A stretch of 64,000 bases of DNA from NCBI GenBank assembly GCA_964406895.1, contig CAYOTK010000003.1:9529-73528 (forward strand), given 5' to 3'. This DNA is from an uncultured Candidatus Saccharibacteria bacterium. Its GTDB lineage: Bacteria; Patescibacteriota; Minisyncoccia; Phycocordibacterales; PALSA-1337. Shown piece by piece: positions 58,314-64,000 of the stretch. The translations under genes were made by a program, and so were the position numbers. The notes below the pieces were generated by a model. That model was not told where the DNA came from and did not search any database. It saw only the letters and a list, made by a program, of their open reading frames with translations. How positions within the stretch are numbered: position 1 is the stretch's first letter; each line of letters opens with the position of its first letter.

Positions 58314-59417
58314 TTATCTAGTGTGTATATTGTTAATAGTTCCTATCAAAATTTCATTATGATTGAAATCAAGAATTGTTGAACCGGAAAATTCTGAATT
58401 CAGAAATGTTTTGAACAATTCTTTGTATTGGTCTGAATTGATGGTTATGTTTTTTGTAAACTTGGCCAAATTCTGCAGGTCTTTCATGGTCATGTCTAAT
58501 ACATTTTTCCATTCTTTCAAAGATTGTCTTATTGCCTCGAATTCATGATTATTGGAATGTATCAGAATATTTTTTTCATACATAGAAATGAGTGAATCAG
58601 TTGAATGATGTTTATGTTTTGATTTTTCACTTACTTTGCGCAGTAGAGTTTTGTATCCATAAGGAAATGAAGCCGTGAATATATTTCTGCCCCTATCTAG
58701 AACAGTAACTTCTGACAATTCGCCGTGTATATTGATTATTGAACCAGAGAACGTATCTGGGAAGGTGTCTCTGATGCCTAATTGGAGCAAAGAAATGATC
58801 GAATGATAGTGTATCTTCTTGCTGGTTGTGTATTTCTTGCAAATTGCCTGAATGCTTTTGATAAAATCTCTACTAGAAATACTGATGATATAAGAAATTT
58901 CCAAATGAGAAGCAATATGTTTTGTGAAATTCTTGACTTCATAACCATTGAGCTTGATGGTGGTGACTTTTTCCTCTATGACTGCTAGATTTTTGTCCAA
59001 TTGCAATTGTTTCTTGTGATTCTTGAGTATATCGTCCACGTGGCGATAGTTAATCTCTGTATTCGGTTTCGTATCAAGAGAAATTGTTTTGGTTTGAGTT
59101 GTCGACCATGGAGAAGATAGGCATATATCCACAAAACCAATACTGCCACCGAGTTTAGATTGAGGATCAGTCTTTTTTAGCTTGGTTATGTGTAAATGCA
59201 CTTGTTCCAGTGTTTCTGAAAGGCAATTCTTGACTGTATTCACATATCTCTTACTGCCCTCTTTCTCTTTGTACTCGAAATGGCTTTCGAATGCTCCAAT
59301 AACAAGTCTCTCTTGTGCATTCTTCATAGCGAGTAGTAGATGAACTCTTATGAGAGAACTTTGTATTTCAATGATAAGGTCAATATTGTTTTTCTTTTGT
59401 AGACCCAAAAAACTCAT
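58314..59417 (-). CDS. divergent FtsA/actin-fold-like protein
   Basis: IIEIQSSLIR and IINIHGELSEVT beta-loop segments, SFPYG; weak similarity only. Confidence 0.55.
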   Translation of the reverse strand: MSFLGLQKKNNIDLIIEIQSSLIRVHLLLAMKNAQERLVIGAFESHFEYKEKEGSKRYVNTVKNCLSETLEQVHLHITKLKKTDPQSKLGGSIGFVDICLSSPWSTTQTKTISLDTKPNTEINYRHVDDILKNHKKQLQLDKNLAVIEEKVTTIKLNGYEVKNFTKHIASHLEISYIISISSRDFIKSIQAICKKYTTSKKIHYHSIISLLQLGIRDTFPDTFSGSIINIHGELSEVTVLDRGRNIFTASFPYGYKTLLRKVSEKSKHKHHSTDSLISMYEKNILIHSNNHEFEAIRQSLKEWKNVLDMTMKDLQNLAKFTKNITINSDQYKELFKTFLNSEFSGSTILDFNHNEILIGTINNIHTR

Positions 59418-59438
59418 GCCTATATTATATCACAAGTA

Positions 59439-61325
59439 TTATGATAGAACTGCTTTTATTCTTCTCACACCTTGCGCTACGGCCTCTTCCTTCTGAATTT
59501 TGAATTTCCATGAATGATTCGGCCCAGACAATTCATCTGTGTTGTTTACGTGCGGGCCGCCACAAAATTCTTTGGAATATGCTGATTGCAAATCATTGCC
59601 AATGAAATATATCGACACTTCATCACCGTATTTTTCTCCGAAGAAATGCTTGGCTCCTGTCTTCTCTGCTTCAGCAAATGGCAATACTATCTTATTTACT
59701 GGTAATTTTGCTTTGATTTTTTCATTTACTATGTCTTCGACTCGTTTCTTTTCTTCATCGGTCATCTTGGTTCCGTGTGCAAAATCAAAACGCAGTCTTT
59801 CTTTTGTAATATTCGAACCTTTCTGCATGACATTCGGGCCCAATACGTCAAACAGTGCCTGATGTAAGAGATGTGTGGCTGTATGATATCGGACAACCAT
59901 GTCATCATTTGCATCTGCTAGACCGCCCTTGAACTTCTGTTCAGCACCGGCGCGGGAAAGGGCTTGGTGTTTTTGAAATTCTTCGTTGAAACCTTTAATA
60001 TCAACATTCATATGTCTTTCTCCCGCTTCTTCAATTATTAGTTCTAAAGGGAAGCCATGATTTTGAAACAGGTCAAACGCTACTTTGCCCGAAATATGTT
60101 CTCTTTTTATACTGTCAACGATCTTATTGTCTTCATATTTGTGTGCAATTATTTTATCAAATTCTGCAAGCCCTCTTTTCAAAGTTTCCCTGAATTCATT
60201 CTCCTCGGCCAAAATTTCCTTCTTAATTAGCTCGCTTCTTTCATCAAGATTTTTATAGAGACCATTATAAACACCTCGAATAGAATCAACAATTTCTGAT
60301 ATTTGTCCTGATTTATTTATACCAATAAGACCTGCATGCCTTATGGCTCTGCGTATTAGCTTTCTTAGGACGTAACCGCGATCTGTGTTCGATGGTAATG
60401 CGCCGTCCGAAATCAAAAACGTTGAAGAACGTATATGATCAGCCACTATCCTAGCTGATTTTAATTGCTTATCATCAAATTTCGTAATTCCCGACAATTG
60501 AGATATCTTGTTCATGACCGGCTTCAACAAATCTGTATCATAAATATTATCGACTCCCTGCATGACCATGCATAGTCTTTCCAAACCAGCTCCTGTATCA
60601 ACATTTTTCTTTTCAAGTTTAGAAATTATTACCCCGTCTTTTTTTTCATATTCCATGAATACATCATTCCAGATCTCAACTACATCTCTCTTATCATCTG
60701 CGACATTATATTCCTCAGGGCTCATATCTCCCAATCCTTTCGGAGTTACATCATAAAACATTTCTGAACAAGGACCGGTCGGACCTGTCCAATTGTCTTT
60801 TCCTTTGACTGCTGGCCACCAATTCGCAGATGCATCCATGAAATATATTCTATTTTCGGGCAGACCAACTGATTTCCATATTTCGGCCGATTCTGAATCT
60901 TTTCCGGAATTTTTATCGCCCTCAAACACTGTTACATAAAGCCTTTTTGGATCCAAACCAAGACCTTCTTCTTTTGAAGTCAAAAATTCGTAACTCCACT
61001 TGATAGCTTCTTTCTTGAAATAATCACCCAATGACCAGTTGCCGAGCATTTCAAAAAATGTTGCGTGAGTTTTGTCGCCTATATCATCTATATCAATAGT
61101 TCTGAGACATTTCTGCGAGTCTGCCAATCTTTTGCCTGATGGATGATCTTTGCCCAATAGATACGGAATGAGTGGTTGCATTCCTGCAGTATTGAATAGC
61201 GTAGGATTTGTAATGCCTTTTTCGTCAGTTGTAATTAGTGAAGCAGAAGGAATAATGACGTGACCTCTTATCTTAAAGAATTCTAGAAATCTACTGCGTA
61301 TTTCATTGGATGTCATATATTTCAT
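59439..61325 (-). CDS. alaS: alanine--tRNA ligase (no C-Ala domain)
   Basis: FNTAGMQP, FEMLGNWS, DTGAGLER, HTATHLL, EFCGGPHV; ends at GVRRIKAVLS. Confidence 0.97.
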   Translation of the reverse strand: MKYMTSNEIRSRFLEFFKIRGHVIIPSASLITTDEKGITNPTLFNTAGMQPLIPYLLGKDHPSGKRLADSQKCLRTIDIDDIGDKTHATFFEMLGNWSLGDYFKKEAIKWSYEFLTSKEEGLGLDPKRLYVTVFEGDKNSGKDSESAEIWKSVGLPENRIYFMDASANWWPAVKGKDNWTGPTGPCSEMFYDVTPKGLGDMSPEEYNVADDKRDVVEIWNDVFMEYEKKDGVIISKLEKKNVDTGAGLERLCMVMQGVDNIYDTDLLKPVMNKISQLSGITKFDDKQLKSARIVADHIRSSTFLISDGALPSNTDRGYVLRKLIRRAIRHAGLIGINKSGQISEIVDSIRGVYNGLYKNLDERSELIKKEILAEENEFRETLKRGLAEFDKIIAHKYEDNKIVDSIKREHISGKVAFDLFQNHGFPLELIIEEAGERHMNVDIKGFNEEFQKHQALSRAGAEQKFKGGLADANDDMVVRYHTATHLLHQALFDVLGPNVMQKGSNITKERLRFDFAHGTKMTDEEKKRVEDIVNEKIKAKLPVNKIVLPFAEAEKTGAKHFFGEKYGDEVSIYFIGNDLQSAYSKEFCGGPHVNNTDELSGPNHSWKFKIQKEEAVAQGVRRIKAVLS

Positions 61326-61390
61326 ACGACAATCATAATATGAATTTGAACAAATGTCATGTATTCAATTATGACTGCGAAATATATTAA

Positions 61391-63166
61391 TTACTTCAAA
61401 AGCTTTTCCAACTCATTGACATCATTCTCGATAATTTTCAAGCCACCCTCAAATACGCTCTTATCTTTGAGATCAATACCAATTTTTCTTAGAATGTTTT
61501 CAGGAGAATCAGAAGAACCTGCAGACAAGAATTGTTCTATTGATTTCCAGAATGATTTGTCTTGTTTATATTTCTGTAAGAGAGTCATGCTAACAAGCAA
61601 TCCATAAGCATAGGTATAAACATAGAAGAAATACCTAAGATGAGGCCAAGAAACATAACTTAAACCATCAGAATTTTCAAATTTCACAGAAGGACCCATA
61701 TAGGCAGACATATTACGATTATGAATATTCAATATCTCATTATTATCAACATAGCCTTTCGCTCGAATAGTGTTGTGAAGTTCTAGTTCAAACTTGAAAC
61801 AAGCGACTTGTCTGAATATGGTCGAAATAGAATCAGAAATTTTGTTGTGGAGGAAAATTATCTTGCTTTTCTTGTCCAGATCTTTTATCACACTATCAAA
61901 AGCAATTTTCTCAAATAAAGTGCTCGCAGTTTCAGCAAGTGAAATAGAATAATCCTCGTATATGACACTTTGCTTTTTCGACATTTCACTGTGGATAGCG
62001 TGCCCCATTTCGTGAGCAAATGTTAGGAAAGCATTGAGAGTATCGTCGTGGTTCAACATTATGTGTGTGGTGATTTTATGAGAAGAAGCACAATATGCAC
62101 CAACCTTTTTACCTACCTTAATCTCTGCATCAATAACACCTTCCTTGATATATGTATCCAAATATTTGATATATTCAGGATTGAGTTCAGAGTACATTTG
62201 TTTAAGTCTCTTAACACTATCATCAAAAGTAAACTTGGTTTTCGACTCATCAACCTTCAGACTTCTTTCGTAGTATTTAAGATATTTTAGTTTGTGAATT
62301 TTGGCTTTTAACTTATAGAATTTATGCGCAATATGATTGTGAGCAGAAACGACATCGATAAGATTTTCTATTACGTTTGCTTCATTGTCATTCATCAGTA
62401 ATGTTGCAGAGTAAGGCTTTTCGAAACCACGAAGTTCATCGTCAATTTTTTTATCAGTAAATATCGCATTGATTTCTGCTTCAGAGAATTCACTAACATG
62501 GCCTAGTTCAATATTAACAAGCTCATTTAGCTTGGCTCTTTCTTTGGCACTTTTTGTCTGACTGATTTTTTTTGTGGCTAGAGTAAGTGGCAATTTCTTA
62601 TTTTTCCAAATTATAGATCTCTTACCGAGAATTTTATCATTTCCATTTACCCATGATTCATATGAAGGCAGCGATTTCAAACTCAAAATTTTTTCTTCAG
62701 ATTCAGTGAGATTGTATTTGGCCTGTTCGAATACTCGCTTTAATAACTGTTTGTAATGACTAAGTTTTGGTTCAGCCAGGAATTTGACCTGATTGTCTTT
62801 TGAGATTTTGCCCAAACTTATACTGAAGAATGTAAGATTATTCAATATCTTCGAATGGCGATTTGATACAATAGCAGACTTTGCTAAGGCTTTACTATTA
62901 CCAGAATCAATCGTTAACAATCGTGATAAATAGAAAATAGGTTTATCAATTATTTCATCATTCATTCTTTCATTATCTTGCAGTGCTTGTAACAATAGAT
63001 CCGGATTATTCAAATACGGCTTATCGATCGTATTGTATTTCTTGCAGAATTCGTCAACTTTTTTCTCAATTTGGTCAAGATCAATATCAATCTGTGGGTC
63101 ATTCGGGGACTTGTATATGTTTTCTAACTTCCAGACTGGCAATTTTGATTTCTTATTTTTTTTCAT
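61391..63166 (-). CDS. pepF: M3B oligoendopeptidase F family
   Basis: WKLENIY, GAYC, HEMGHAIH, AETAS, FYVYTYAYG. Confidence 0.9.
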   Translation of the reverse strand: MKKNKKSKLPVWKLENIYKSPNDPQIDIDLDQIEKKVDEFCKKYNTIDKPYLNNPDLLLQALQDNERMNDEIIDKPIFYLSRLLTIDSGNSKALAKSAIVSNRHSKILNNLTFFSISLGKISKDNQVKFLAEPKLSHYKQLLKRVFEQAKYNLTESEEKILSLKSLPSYESWVNGNDKILGKRSIIWKNKKLPLTLATKKISQTKSAKERAKLNELVNIELGHVSEFSEAEINAIFTDKKIDDELRGFEKPYSATLLMNDNEANVIENLIDVVSAHNHIAHKFYKLKAKIHKLKYLKYYERSLKVDESKTKFTFDDSVKRLKQMYSELNPEYIKYLDTYIKEGVIDAEIKVGKKVGAYCASSHKITTHIMLNHDDTLNAFLTFAHEMGHAIHSEMSKKQSVIYEDYSISLAETASTLFEKIAFDSVIKDLDKKSKIIFLHNKISDSISTIFRQVACFKFELELHNTIRAKGYVDNNEILNIHNRNMSAYMGPSVKFENSDGLSYVSWPHLRYFFYVYTYAYGLLVSMTLLQKYKQDKSFWKSIEQFLSAGSSDSPENILRKIGIDLKDKSVFEGGLKIIENDVNELEKLLK

Positions 63167-63764
63167 TTTGATTGTTGATTTTTGCTAGTATCTCCATGTC
63201 TTTCTTGAGATTGGGAATGTTATTTGGATTGTATACTCCCATGCATGGATGATATTGGATAACGACATTGATATTACCATAAGTAGTTTTTGCATCAAAA
63301 CTTCTACCATGAAGTTGACCTATCGGTGCAAGATGTGAATTTAATCCAAACTTTTCCATAATATAACCCATTGAATACCTGCCGAGCGCAACTATAATCT
63401 TTGGTTTAATAATTTCGATCTGCCTGTCTAGAAATGGTCCGTAGATTTTTATTTCTTCCTTCGTTGGGTCGCGATTTTCCGGCGGTCTATCTTTGACGAT
63501 GTTTGTAATGTAAATCAAGTTTCGAGTAATCTTTATATGCTCGAGTAATTGATCCAGTATTTTACCCGCAGCGCCACAAAAAGGTTTGCCTGTCTTGGCT
63601 TCATTTCTTCCTGGTGCTTCACCTACGAACATCATTTTTGCATCAAGACTTCCCTCTCCTATGACTGGAAAGAAATTATTTTGAGTTCTGTACTCATACA
63701 GCGGGGACTCTTTTAACGCAATAATTTCTTCATGAATAATGCGTATTTGTTCTGATTTAGTCAT
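63153..63764 (-). CDS. uracil-DNA glycosylase family 4
   Basis: GEAPGRNE, PFCGAAG, NIVKDRPPENRDP, YHP; start MTKSEQ after CATAAT-N6. Confidence 0.92.
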   Translation of the reverse strand: MTKSEQIRIIHEEIIALKESPLYEYRTQNNFFPVIGEGSLDAKMMFVGEAPGRNEAKTGKPFCGAAGKILDQLLEHIKITRNLIYITNIVKDRPPENRDPTKEEIKIYGPFLDRQIEIIKPKIIVALGRYSMGYIMEKFGLNSHLAPIGQLHGRSFDAKTTYGNINVVIQYHPCMGVYNPNNIPNLKKDMEILAKINNQNEKK

Positions 63765-63857
63765 GAGGATATTATGGCATTTTTCAATAAATATGCCTAT
63801 AAACAGGTCCGCCGCCAACCCATGGGGTAAGCGGCAGATTGAGTGCGGAGGCAAAGA

Positions 63858-63998
63858 TCAAGTCTCGTTTGCGCCCGCCGAAACCAGTAGCTCATACAGG
63901 GCAGTGAGGCATAGCACGACGAGAAGCGCTACGGGTCCGAATACGTAGCACAATGTACCGGCGCATTTCCACGGATGCGGATGATTGCTTTTTGTGGT
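63858..63998 (-). CDS. 3' end of a GC-richer membrane protein running off the window
   Basis: Open frame ...WKCAGTLCYVFGPVALLVVLCLTALYELLVSAGANET*, followed by a hairpin at 63808-63838. Confidence 0.45.
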   Translation of the reverse strand, partial: TTKSNHPHPWKCAGTLCYVFGPVALLVVLCLTALYELLVSAGANET

Positions 63999-64000
63999 TT

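Noticed and set aside
1-64000. CRISPR array, rRNA, transposase or prophage genes
   Set aside because: No regularly spaced direct repeats, rRNA signatures or transposase/phage structural motifs were seen.

Overview
Bacterial chromosomal segment (genetic code 11, AT-rich core genes) that looks like a Patescibacteria/CPR genome, most likely Parcubacteria. Support for that call: C-terminally shortened ValRS and AlaRS, rplI present, near-universal lack of Shine-Dalgarno sites, and CPR-type secreted proteins. Core content: mraZ-rsmH-ftsL-ftsI-murF, tRNA-Glu(CTC), valS, rmuC, rplU, recR, dnaB, cysS, corA-like, ctpA, rplI, rpmA, an M23 peptidase, gltX, murG-ftsW, scpBA, trpS, dnaJ-dnaK, grpE, the infA-rpmJ-rpsMKD-rpoA-rplQ-rplM-rpsI operon, alaS, pepF and udg. 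The best candidate for an undescribed system is at 17275-22589. Two divergent 7TM-type histidine kinases with no response regulator flank and adjoin two PlsC-type acyltransferases and a HAD phosphatase. The internal ~3 kb (both sensor domains plus acyltransferase 2 and the HAD gene) has a sharply different sequence signature from the kinase cores, as expected for an exchangeable signal-synthase/receptor specificity cassette (agr- or comQXP-like logic, with a putative lipid signal). Other notable items: a 1961-aa surface protein with one apparently inactive and one active GH43_24 domain; pervasive leaderless core genes contrasted with a second class of GC-richer orphan genes that have full promoters, structured leaders, boxA-like motifs, SD sites and terminators; a dif-like site next to decayed genes; a thrice-repeated double palindrome; and a 151-bp long inverted repeat. 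All calls come from reading motifs by eye. No database searches were run, and counts are manual.
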